Below, piece after piece: positions 1 through 12,759 of a stretch of 64,000 nucleotides of DNA; position 1 is the first letter of the stretch, and each line of letters opens with the position of its first letter. Source of the stretch: Nageia nagi (taxonomy: Eukaryota > Plantae > Pinophyta). The position numbers and the translations under genes were made by a program. The stretch spans positions 144,088,001 through 144,152,000 of the forward strand of contig JBITNC010000001.1 in assembly GCA_050084985.1 (NCBI GenBank). Direction: 5' to 3'. The notes below the pieces were generated by a model that was not told where the DNA came from, made no database searches, and was given only the letters and a program-made list of their open reading frames with translations.

Positions 1-1531
1 CAACATTACATTAGAGCCCTCCTTGCTCTCAAAGGCTACATCTTGCCTTTACTTTTACCTAGGAGGATTACAATAACAAGAATGCCTTCATGGGCATCCT
101 CCGGGAATACCATTACATGTATTACCCACTCAGGTAAATACATTGTTGGTCTATTTATACATTACACATCAAATGACAAATTCCTATTTGTTGCAACTAT
201 AACAATATTTATCCATGTTGGCATTAAACATCAATCTACTAATATGATTCACCATTTATCGTGAGACTGATTCATTGTTTTAGATAGCAACACAACTTCA
301 TCTTCTTCTTGTGATGCTCCATGAACTCCTCCTAGTTCATCCTGGATCAACCATATCCTTGTGAAATCTTTTTCAAGTCTTTCCTTGCATCCTTGTCCCT
401 TTGTTTTCATCTTGCATACAAAACACCATGCACCATCCAACCTTGTGGGTTGCCAACTCCCACTTATTCTTGGATTTACTTGCATAAATAGTCACCACCA
501 TCAATATGCAAATTATATGAAACTACAAGGAACTTCAGATTTCACCTCTATATTCGAACATCCTTGGTGGAATTTCCTTTATCCTAATGTTAAAGATCCT
601 TTGCACCTTTGGTATCCATATCACCTCTTTGAAAGCATCCTTCTATAAGATCTTGTCCAATTTCCCACAAACATCATTTCTCCCACTACTTCATCAATCC
701 ACGCTCTTCCGCAATCAGGAGTAATACATTGAAAAAATTCATTCCAATTTCAAGCTACATATACAAGACAAGGAAGGGATAGAACAAGAGAAGTAGCTAG
801 TTTCTCTTGCTACATATCCGATTTCTCAAGTTCTAAATAGGAATTCATCCAACATTAAGCTCTGATACCAATTATTGGGATTTAGTTATTCCTTTTAATG
901 TGTGAGCATAAAATGAACAACATAAATAAAATATTATTCATGCAAATAAAAGAGAACACTATTTTAACAAGGTTCACTCAACATCTTGTTGAGCTACATC
1001 CTCGAAAAAACACTAGCATAGTAATTCCATTATTTTGATAATTACACAAAGACAAGAAGGAAGAATCGTGCAACAAAAATAGCTACAGCACCCTCTCTCT
1101 ATTTTCAACAAAGCTTCTTAAACATAAGTTTCTCGTCACCCACAAACATAATCACTCTCCACCATGATTACAACATTCCTCTCATTTGACATAAGGTGGA
1201 ATACATTAATTTTGGCATATCATTAACGTTTTACAGCTCTCTGACGTATTCCCTTCTAGTATTACATCTTGAGATTACATACATCGTCATCACATCTCTG
1301 CATTGCTCAACCCAGCATTACATCAAAGCCCTCCTTGCTCTCAAAGGCTACATCTTACCTTTGCTTTATAAACCCAAGAGGATTACAATAATATTATTAC
1401 AAGTATTACACACTCAAGTAAATACATTGCTGGTTTATTTATACATTACATATCAAACAATGGACTCCTATTTATCTATATTAGCATTAAATGTCAATCT
1501 ACTAATATGATTCACCATTTATCGTGTAACA
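1..1531 (-). mobile_element. Internally deleted, decayed Ty1/copia LTR retrotransposon (5' LTR ~873-1531, PBS, gag remnant, part of second LTR 1-263)
   Basis: GCTCTGATACCA at 859-870 is the reverse complement of the tRNA-iMet primer-binding site (PBS). 1-263 is a direct repeat of ~1313-1525. A zinc-knuckle-like remnant (WCFVCKMK...DEVVLLS) lies on the minus strand at 249-485. Confidence 0.7.
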
Positions 1532-2600
1532 CTCAACCATTTACCAAACTATTCATCTCATCCTTTCTCATCTGGGTGTGAAGCAAGCTTCACCCACCCA
1601 ACATTATCGTCTTTACATCTCAATTAAATTCGACTTGAATATTGTCTAGAACCTAAGTGCATATTAAACTTCATAAGAGGGCGACCTTGGATAAGAAATT
1701 CATTGTGAACACCTATAAAACTTGGACTTAATTTTTGAACCCCATATTTATTTCCTTCTAGGTAGATCTATCACAGTATTGATGTCTAAAAATGATCATT
1801 GGTATCGCAAATTTTTACTCTTCTTAGATTGCTCCATAAATATCGAAATAGGTGCAAATTGCTCCATAAGCACATTCTTTCAAATAGATTAATAGGATGT
1901 AAATCATAAAAGTTGTAAGCTTGATATATTTAATATAATACCTTAAGGGTTATACCACCTTGTATTTAATGCGATATACCATATTTAAAATTTAGTATAT
2001 TTCATTTTGATGATTGTTATAACTTAAATATTTATTGTTATAGAGTTATAAGATTATAAAATATATCATTTACTAATATCACCTTCGAAGGACTATTAAA
2101 GGAATTATTATTTGTTATTGGTGTAGTTAATCAAGAGATAATATTAAGATTTTATTTAATAATCAAGGAATAAGTTAGGATCGATTATAAGGTACTATCA
2201 ACATAATTGTATGACCTCTAAAAAATAACACTAAATAGTAAACTATAAAGATTATTAAGTTAATCACATTATATGATACTTTCTATTTACATGGTAATTA
2301 TAATGATTGTATACCATGATGTTTGGATGAGGGGTAGTTGTGAAATATAGTATGGTATAAAATTGGATGATAGATATGAAAGATCGTTGCTTATTATGAT
2401 CAAGGAATAAAACACATTTCATAATTGTGTTTTCCTACTCATCCAATGCTTTGAGGCACTCCAAAGATCGAATGGTTTCATGCCAATGGAAAGCATAGAG
2501 AAATTTCCACATGAACAATTTTGAAGATACTTGTATGCTATTATATTTCATTAAGTAATTTTAATATTTTTTAAATTATAATTTAAATTTTATTGTAAAA

Positions 2601-3940
2601 TATCAACTATTTATCACTATTTTAATATATACAAACAAAATGTTCAAATAATTTATTTGAATATGTATTCACTGGAAAGAAGTAAATCAATTTTTTATTG
2701 TCAAGGTTTATTGTAATTATAAATATTTTTAATTTATTCATAAATTTTTATAATAATTAAAAATAAGAACAAAACTAAAGTTTGTAAATAATGAAAAAAT
2801 AAATAATTTTAATATTGTGATGCATAAAAATCCAATATTTACAAAATTAGAAAAATTGTAAAAAATAACAATTGCAATAGTTCTAACAAAATCTTATGGT
2901 AAACGCTCCAACTTATTTACATACACTATCTTTATTGCATGAGCTAAAACCAACAAACCATATTGGTTTCAAACTCTTTAAAACTCAAATGTGGAGATTA
3001 AAAATCCTTATTACAAAGTGTAAGAATACTTCCTTCACATTTTAAACGCAATGTAATTATCCTCAAACTAATCTCGACCCTCGAATAAGCACACAATATA
3101 ATGGTATTTAATGGTGACCAATGAACTCCTAGCCCAAGTGAGAAAAAAGAGACCAAATCATATGCCCAAAAAGTCTAGAGTGAGTCATGAACCTTCAAAA
3201 ATTATAGAATGCTCATATTAAATCTTCACATTTCATACAAATTACATACTTAAAAACTAGTTATATAAATATAAAAATATACAATATAAATTTAGAAATA
3301 AATATACATTATAAATTTTATAATACATAATTATTCTCATAATTCTAAAATGCACAACCTATTCATCATACAAATATAGAAAATATAAATATAATGTAAA
3401 AGTTAAAAACTATCTTTTAAACTTATTCATTTTAATTTATTTTAAAATTATAATAATTATAAAAATATAAATTTTATTCGTTAATTTATTGAAAAAAATA
3501 GCATGTAAATTACAATTTCACAAGCAAACCATAACTTGTTATTGATTTAAATTATATAATTAACAATCAATTATTTTTTATTTCATATGTTATTTATGTG
3601 ACTATAATTTGTATTAAAAATTGTATCCATTAATCATAACTATATAAGAATATTAATTTTCATTAAAATACTTTTTTAACTTCTACTTTACTATATCAAC
3701 TATTTATCACTATTATATATACATACGAAATAATTTATTTATTTTACATAATAATTTTTACAAGATTTATTGTAATTGTAAATATTTTTAATTTAATCCA
3801 TATTATTTATTACAACCATCCAACAATAAGTTTTTATTATGCTTGAATTAAAAATAAGAACAAAAGTAAAATTTGTAAATACTGAAAATAAAAATCTAGA
3901 TATACAAATTAGAGACATTTTTAAAAATAGTTCTAACAAA
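2601..3940. repeat. Diverged AT-rich direct repeat (~2601-2890 vs ~3694-3940)
   Basis: Shared blocks TATCAACTATTTATCACTAT, TTTATTGTAATT(A/G)TAAATATTTTTAATTTA, ATTAAAAATAAGAACAAAA and AATAGTTCTAACAAA occur in the same order. Confidence 0.7.
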
Positions 3941-4899
3941 TTAATGCATGTGTAAAACAATATCATACTAGAAGAATAAATAATAATTTTTAAAATGATT
4001 TCTATTCCGAACTATTAAATTATTCATTTAAAAAAATATATAATTTGAAATATTAAATTCAAAAATATGTAAAAATTAAAATAAAAAAATAACATCCCAA
4101 AGGTCCAAGACACAAACCCTAAAGGAGGTTCATGACCATCATTTAGGGTTTTGAGGGGGTTTCCTACCCCTCTAAATATAATTTTTTTATTAACAAGTAT
4201 TGGTTAAAAAGTACATAAAAAAGTATTTACATTGTTAAACAATAACTTCCATCTTAAAGTGCTTAGATCTTCAAGTATTGCTAAATGATTGATAATCAAC
4301 AAATTACTTCATGTTATCATGATATTGGTTGACAATATAACCACTAGCTAATATTTCAATAGCACCTGCAAAATGAATAATATTTTATTAGTATTGTAGT
4401 GAAATTAAAAATATTTTTCATGTTTGTAAATAATATCATTTCTATTTAAATAAGAAACTATTTTAAATCAATATCTACTACTAAAAACATTTTGAATTTT
4501 AATTAAAACAATAACAATTCTCTCCTTAATAATGAAATATGTTCACCTAAAAGAAGCATTTAAAATTTGCTTTATATAATTAAAATTTGCCTTGGCGATG
4601 GGTTTTTGTTAGCTCTGTTGCTTTGTGAAGCAGAGGAAAAAAAGGCACATTGCCATATTTTTTCCACGACATATTGCTGTTAGTTCGATAATCTAAACGG
4701 CTGAAGATATATATACATACGGACTCTCTGAAGGAAATGCAATCCAATTGCCACCACACTCCATTGTCATGTTTTTCAATGTAGGCTTTGAGTTTGGACT
4801 CCGCTTCAGGAAACCATGGTCCTCAACAATATTTCCATATTCTCAGATCTTGTGTAACAATTGATGAAGGAATACGCAATAGACTCAAAGGGTTCTTGG

Positions 4900-6170
4900 A
4901 CTCAAAAAACCTCTTTAAGGACATACATAGAATATTGTTGAAGAGGCCAACCTATACAATTTAAAAAAACAAATTCCAAGATTATGGATCACAGAGATTG
5001 AAACCCACCGCGTCAAAATCTCCCTCTCGTGGAATCCATCCCATGAGGATCTAATAATCTCAGACATGGATCATAAAATAATCTTAATACTACGGTAATT
5101 GCGTAGAATCATTTGAAGTTTCATCTGTAAGCTGGTCTGGAGAGCACTAAAAAAAGATAGATTCATTAGTAGAAAACTTCAAGAGACATCGATATTAGAA
5201 TGGACATTTTCTAACAATCCTCACCTTTCAGGACATACTACTTACCTTTGAGAATGGACCCTGGTGGAGCGGATCTACATGATTTTCGATCTAAATCTTT
5301 CAATCTGGCACAAGAGGGGACCCAAAAAGTTTCCTGGTTTGGATTAAGATGGTCAATCTCCCAATCCAACTATGGGATAATGAACTCTTCTAAGCCATTG
5401 AAAATAAGACAGAAAAATTCATCAACAAAAATCCAAACCAGATCTCATGTAACTTTAACTGATTGATCTTAACAATATCCTGCTATGGGTACATTTTGAT
5501 AGAGAAACAACATTTGTACAAGAATTAGATTATGAAAATCTTACTTTAGTTGCAATCTTTGAATTGCTGTGAAGAAGGACGAAAGTAGCTATATCGTGCC
5601 CAAAGGGACCATCTACCCAAAGAAGAATGATGAAAAACACTGCAATATAAGGGCAAGTAAGCACAATCAAAACACAATTGGATCAGTTAAGCACATCAAC
5701 AGAGGGGTGCTATTTATCCTTGACACTATTCCGCCTCTATGTACAGTAGAGAATATCAACTTGTATCATGTAAAAAACCAAAACAGCTTTAAGGCATTAG
5801 ATGAGGAACAAATGGAAGGAGATTTCTCAAAACAGGAAACAGAGTAGGTTAGAAACTCACAAGAAATTAAAAGGAATGAGTCGCACTGTTGGGAATTCAG
5901 AAACCTGGAGGAAAGAAAAGCAGCACAAAGAAGACCACAATCAGAAAAGGATTCATGTGTCAGCCATATAAGTAACAACAGGGGAAAGAAATAAGAAGCA
6001 GAAAATCCAATTCAATGGCATCCCAAGCAGGAATAGATGAGAAGTCTGGTTCCCAATGCCAACCAAAATGATGTTCCCGTCTTGGAACATAAGAGGCATT
6101 AATGCCCAAGTTACAGACACATAGAAAGACAATCTGGTGAGTAACGCAAACAAGTACCATTCTTCCAAAC
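4900..6170 (+). mobile_element. Decayed L1-clade LINE fragment (ORF1 DUF4283-like region and start of ORF2 APE endonuclease)
   Basis: Manual translation gives FLVWIKMVNLPIQLWDNELF*AIENKTEKFI at ~5331-5423 (plant L1 ORF1 motif) and MMFPSWNIRGINAQ from 6068 (APE N-terminal SWN(V/I)RG motif). Boundaries are approximate. Confidence 0.75.
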
Positions 6171-9100
6171 CCTAATCATGTACCTGAAGGGGCCAAGGGG
6201 GATCCATACCTCGTTTCAGAAACCATCTTGGTTCCTCCACCAGCATCAACATCAAGTTCCCAATCCCCTCGCCTGAACCACCATCATGCTTGAAATACCA
6301 ATACAAGGAGAGGAGGGATATATACAAGGGTTGGGACAGAGCCGTTGAAGAACGCTCCAAACGGTAATCTGATGTCGGTGGACTCTGCCCATCAACGGTT
6401 AGAGAGGAGCGCCATCCGCGTCCACCCGAACAGGGTGACCTTCATGCCCGCCCCAAATCAAACCATTGACGAAAAGAAAATCACAGCGTCCATAACGGGC
6501 CTATAAACATAACAAAGGAGATCAATTTTGAATAGTTCTGGTCACGTATAGCGTGGACCGTCGTACCCTGCTATGACAAGTTTCTAGAGATATCTCTTGA
6601 TCTCTGCCATCTTTAATTTAATTCACATCTTCCACCTAAAAACTCGAACTAACACCAAATTAATCCTCAATTGATCCCCCAAACCGAATGATCATAGCCT
6701 TAACCACATAATTAACGCAAAAATGTTATCCCAAATATCCTTTTCAAAAATATCTAGTCTAAAGCATGAGCCTCCTTTTTCAAAAACAATACGGTGTAAT
6801 GATAATGTCCACTGACAATTTGAATTGATAGTAGAACAATATATCATTTGTGGAGAAAATATTTAAAATAAAGTCTAGTTCATTAAATGCAAAATGAAAC
6901 TATCTTCTCCATTATATCCATGTGAATCTATTTCTAAAAATCATTACAGTAACAAAAATTTATCTCATTGACGTTAATAACTAAAAACTTTGTTAAATAA
7001 AATTAACCATAACCATCTTCCTAATAAGTATTGATCTCAATAATAATCCTTCAAATTAGTATGATACCCCTACTCAAACTATTATTAATAATCCAAATAG
7101 GAGATTTGTTTGAAATGACCTAATTTCCAATAACTCACATAATGAGATAAGATAGAAGTAATAACTTCTCAAATCCATGGAGTCCTCCATAGAGCAAGGG
7201 GGTCTCTATTGTATATCATGCCTTTGTTAAATGTCTAATTAGTGAAATAATTAGCTACTTTTCTTTTCCATAGGAACATATGAAAATGATCAACTCTCAT
7301 ATTGATTATAAAAAGTAAAATTAAAGTCAACATTTAACATCCTTTATATATATTCATTTCTTAGAACTATAAAGAGTTTTTAAATATTACCAATGTTGGG
7401 TGGAAATTGAACTTATGATCTTCAATGTGGATAGGTACTTCAGACCTCACTTATCTCTCAGCTCTCTTAATAAGAAGTGATGGTGATAAACAATATTTGT
7501 AAGCATTATCTTCATATTTTAAGCTTAAGGAGAGCAACAACAAAAATCCTCCAACCATTAAATTACAAGTTGTGATCTTGTTTCATTATAATATTAAAGG
7601 ACCTAAAATAATTCTTATGAATCTACTTGGTTATTAGAAACTACGCCCAATTGAATAATAAAAAGAAAGTGGGGGACTCTCCTTAAATCTCTTCCAATAC
7701 CACTTATACTAGATTGGGTCAAGTGTTTTTTTTTTTTTACATAGGCAAAAAAGAGGGTTTTTCAAATAGTGTACTAAATCCTGTTAAAAGGGTTTTCTTG
7801 AAAAAGGCCTCAAAATGCTTATTACAAATTATTAAGTAATGATTTTAGAGACATTCTAAGCTACAACATGTGAAGAAGCTTGGGAGAATCTATGTAGTTT
7901 CTGTTGAAATCTAACTATTGAATAATTTCCTTATTTTTTTATACTATCCTTCCTCACAAAAAAATATATAACTTAAATTTTTAAGGATATAACTTTTGAG
8001 TCTAGTTTATAGAATGGTCGATTCCCTCAACTTCTCTCTAATTATTTTTTAAACTTCTTCAATAACCAAGAACCCCTAATAAGTTACAAAAGGGAGTATA
8101 TATTTCAAAATCGATGTTTGGTCTACTGAAACAACCTTTAAACTTCCCAAATGATTTCAAAAAATAATTGTAATAACTTTATCTTATTAAATTTAACTAT
8201 GTAACTCTTTACCTACCATATGATGACATACAAGTTCTACTTTTGAACATGAGTGCACAAGTCTAAATCAAAATATTGGATCAACATCAGGTTGCTAGGT
8301 TACCTTCTAAGTATTTAATTAATTTTACTCTATATGTTGGGTTACTACATAAGTTTTAGTACACTAGCATACTGTACATTTTTGGTATGCTAGCATATAG
8401 TTTTTAACAAGAAAATAATTTAAATATCACTCCAACATAATAATCCTCACTCCAATGATACTTCATATGTATTATCTTATCCATTTCATATCACATCTCC
8501 CTATTGAGGAGGCAGTTGATCTCCAAAACTTAAAGAAAGTAAGGTTGATATATTAAAATAATGATCCCTTAAGTAGCTTCATATTGTCCCTCACCCTATA
8601 ATTAATATATTGAAATAATCCATGGATTTAATGGTACAAATTCTCAATAAGGTATGAATGGTGAATAAGATCATGTAGACCCCAAATACTTGCTTTCATA
8701 TACTAAACTCACTCAAAGGAGTTAAAGGCAAGCAAGAATGAAAGTTCTACACAACTACACTTTAAAATTTAAACAAGATGATCAATATTAGCCAAGAATT
8801 ATTGTAAATAATCAAGAAGGCTTACAGGAAGTGGGTAGGGTCATAGGTCTTTTTATGTGAGTTCTATCATTACCTAGTTGAGGCAAACTCTTAAAGAGTC
8901 CTCAACACATATATATTGATCAGGGCAGAAGTAGGGGAGTGATGATTCATGGTGGTGGAAACAACATAGTGATGAATCATAGGGGAAAGAATCTCCCTCA
9001 TATTTAGATGCTTGAAATTACTACAATAATACAAGGAAAAGCAACCATGAATGAGAGTAGGGATATATACTACTATAAGGCACAATGACTACTAGGGTTT

Positions 9101-10269
9101 AGAGTTCAAACAAGGAGAGATGTTGAATTCGATGTCAGTCGAATAGATACTCCTTATTACCATTAATGGTATTACTATCAATAATTAGAGAAGCATCTCA
9201 TTTTTCTTAATCAGATTTTCTTTAGAACATAGTTTGCTTATTCAACATATCACCATCTCAGTCATAGACAACCTCTTAAACTTATAGTTGGATAAAAAAA
9301 ATAATAGAGTTTTCAAATGGTATTTTCCTCTTCTTATTTTTGTATGTATGATAGATTTTAGGGATTTATTATATTAAGGATGGTGGTATTTGTTATGGAT
9401 TCCTTATTGGGTAAATGATTCAAGAGTGTAACTTTCGTACAATTTTGACTATTATTAAAATTATTTTCTTACATATTCTTAATTTCAGTAAAGAAAGCTA
9501 CTATTAAACATTAAATTTTTAAATTCTAAATCTTTCAATTTTTTATAATTCAAATCTTTAAAAAAATAATAATCTAAAACCTTAAATTTCTTATAATCTA
9601 AATGTTTTATTTTTTTATAATTCAAAATTTAAGGCTTTTTATTATTTCAACCCTTAAATTTTTATAATCTTAACCATTTTCTAGTCAAATCCATATTTTT
9701 TGTCTTCCCAATCTCTTATGTATAATTCAGTAAAATTATGAATAACCACATTTTAATTAGTTAATCATTACTATTTGTAAAATAAGAAATAATTTGCTTA
9801 AGTAGTTAACCATTTTCATTTATATAAAAATAGATCTCAAAATTCTCATTTGACTATATCCCTCACATGGCTTCAAATTGTCAAAAGATATAAGAAGTAA
9901 CCTTTTCTTGTAAATAAACCAATCCTAAAAAATATCTTATTCATAAGATTTTGAGGACTATATCCTTAAAAATGAAGAATCCATCCCTAAAGTTTAACAT
10001 AAAATACAATCCACTGAAAAAAGATTCTAAATCACATAATAGTGATCAATATTTTGAAGCCCAAATAATCAATTTGATGAAGAACTATAAATTTAGGTAA
10101 TGAAATATTTCAAGTTGATGCCATCCCTAAACCGTAACCCCATCCTAATACCATATCCCATATTTAAATTAATTCAAATCTTCTACCTAAAAATAAAACT
10201 AATGTTATACCCTAAAACTAAATTAATCCTCAATTTATCCCCCATGAATCTCCAAATTTATTTTTGACT

Positions 10270-11505
10270 TATTTAAAGGTTGATCAAAACATGTGAGAAA
10301 CATGGATACTTTACATAATATGTTGCAACCATATGATCAACAACGAGAAATTATTTACAAGAATTGATAATTTCTATAAATCCACTATCTATAATCCATG
10401 CATAATCTTCATTCTTCTTAGCCTTGTTGTAAGAAAAAAAATAAATTTTATTCTCTATAAGACTCCTCTTCACAATAATGGGTTATCCTTCCATCATTTG
10501 AATCTTACTTCAACCTACACTCTCTTCCAAAATGACCAATTTTGTTATAATGGTAACATTACATATTTCTTTTGTATCCTCTTCCTCTTCCTCTACTAGT
10601 TTCTCCACCTCTGCTAATAAGAGAATGTTCATTATTGTTGTTTTATTCTCTGCCCCTACCTCTCCCAAATGATCCTCCTATACCACCTCTAACTCTTCCT
10701 CTAGAAGAGTGTTGGCCTCTCCCTTGGCCTATACCTTATCCACTACCACTTACCATATTCTCTTTTGAAGAGAATGCCTTCTTCTCAACTCGACCAACTT
10801 GTAGTTCTATGATCCTCTTCTCATGTGACATGAGAGAGACAATTAATTGGTCATATTCAAGTGTGGATAAGTTTTTACTTTCTTTTATGATGATTGTTAT
10901 ATGGTCCCACTTGAGTGTAATTATTCTCAACCCATTTTTTTATCACAACCTCCTTATCTAGATTCTCTCCAAGAGTGGCCATCTTATTCATAATGGCTTT
11001 CACTCTCACACAATAGTCACAAGCCCCTTCATTATCTTGCATTTTTATATTTACAAACCCTCCTCTAATAGTTTACAATTTCACCTCATTTACCTAGGCA
11101 CTTCCTTTATATCCTACTTTCAATGCTTTCTAAGCTTTTTCAGTTGATGTACAACCTACAATTCTTGGGAAAATACCATTTTTAATATTTGTTTGTAGAT
11201 GATACAATGAAAGAATAATTTTTTTCTAGGCCTCCTTCATTTTCTTTCTATAATTATTTGGTTCTTTATATACATCTTTAACACTATCCCACAAATCTTT
11301 TTCCAATAAAAAAGTCTTCATCTTGATGCTCCAATATTCATAATTAAACCCATCAAACTCAAGAATTGGTAAGGAATTTGTGTTAGTGGCCATTATAGCA
11401 CTATACAACAAGAAACCAAGCTTCAATCAAGAATTTAATAAATTGTAAGAGATAAACACCATAGGCTTGCTTCAAACCCTTCAACCAAACTATCTCTAAT
11501 ACCAA
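10270..11505 (-). mobile_element. Decayed Ty1/copia gag remnant with degenerate PBS
   Basis: ORFs read LPILEFDGFNYEYWSIKMKTFLLEKDLWD and KWDHITIIIKESKNLSTLEYDQLIVSLMSHEKRI (UBN2-type gag), followed by an RG-rich segment. CTCTAATACCA near 11494-11504 is a mutated iMet PBS. Confidence 0.85.
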
Positions 11506-12011
11506 ATGAATTTTTATTGCAAAAACTTAATAAATAACATTCATGAACATTAAACAATGGAAATATCACATAATGAACCAAAAATGCATAACAATGGAGC
11601 TTTTAATATTATTTAGTATTCAATTGAGTTATCAATAATACACCAAAATAGAATCAATACAACCAAAGCTCTCATCAACCCAACAATAATGTAAACAACT
11701 AACTATATACATTTGGATGAATATGAATTGATAAAATATAAAATGAACAATTTATATCATGTAGTTATGAAATAACAAATGCACATATTTATCCACTATA
11801 TGCACATGATATATACTATATGCATATGTTTATTGTTATACACACATGATATACTATAAACACATAGAACATATGTATAAGCATGTAAAATTTATGCATA
11901 TATGCATAGGTTATCTATGATGAGTTTGAATTAAGAAGAATGGGTCAGCCAACTTAAGATTAATGAGTTGGACAAGGTCAAGAACAAGTCAACCACATAT
12001 GTATACCAACA

Positions 12012-12528
12012 CTTGGTTTAATTAGGCATCTAGATGAAGCTAAATACTTTATAAATAACATGCCAACAAAACCTAATATTACAATGTAGACTTGTTTTCT
12101 TAACACATGTAGAATTCATAACAATATGAAGTTAGTAGAATTTGTAGCAAAATACCTTTTAGAGTTAGACCCCAAAATTTTTGTACCCTATGTGCTTCTC
12201 TTAAATATTTATGTTATGTTTATTAGGTGGAATCAAATTCAAAACATATAAAAATGATGAAAGATAGAGGGATTCAAAAACTACTTAGATGTAGTTGGAT
12301 TATGGTTAGTAAATAGGTTCATACTTTTTTATGGGAGACATATCACATACAAAAATACATGAAATTATTATAAAATTAGAGAGATTATCTCAGGTGATGA
12401 AAGCAATATGATATGTTCTTAATATGGGATTTATTTTAAAAAATTTCAAAGAGGAAGAGAAGGAAAAAGTTCTTTTCCACCATAGTGAGAAACTAGTAAT
12501 TGCTTTTGGCTTGTTAAACATATCCTCT
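12012..12528 (+). pseudogene. PLS-class PPR pseudogene fragment (E1/E2/E+ and start of DYW deaminase domain)
   Basis: Manual translation: LG..RHLDEAKYFINNMPTKPN...TCRIHNNMKL...LLELDPK...YVLLLNIY...MKDRGIQKLLRCSWIMV...VHTF..GDISH...EEEKEKVLFHHSEKLVIAFGLLN. It has several stops and frameshifts and is not in the ORF track. Confidence 0.92.
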
Positions 12529-12686
12529 AATGCATTCATTCAACAAGTGTGTGGGTCTTGAATATGTGTATTATATCCATGGGATAACCATTCCATTTTA
12601 TGGAACATGTATGACTACATTTAAAATGACACATAATACTTTTCATCAAAGGATATGTAGCAAATTAAAATCATACACAACACTTG

Positions 12687-12688
12687 TT

Positions 12689-12755
<67 letters not shown>
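12687..12755. repeat. Compound (TTA)n-(AT)n microsatellite
   Basis: Directly visible. Confidence 0.95.

Positions 12756-12759
<4 letters not shown>

Noticed and set aside
6540-6590. Possible Helitron 3' end (weak hairpin then CTAG)
   Set aside because: The stem is poor, CTAG is followed by A rather than T, and no 5' TC end or Rep/helicase sequence was identified.
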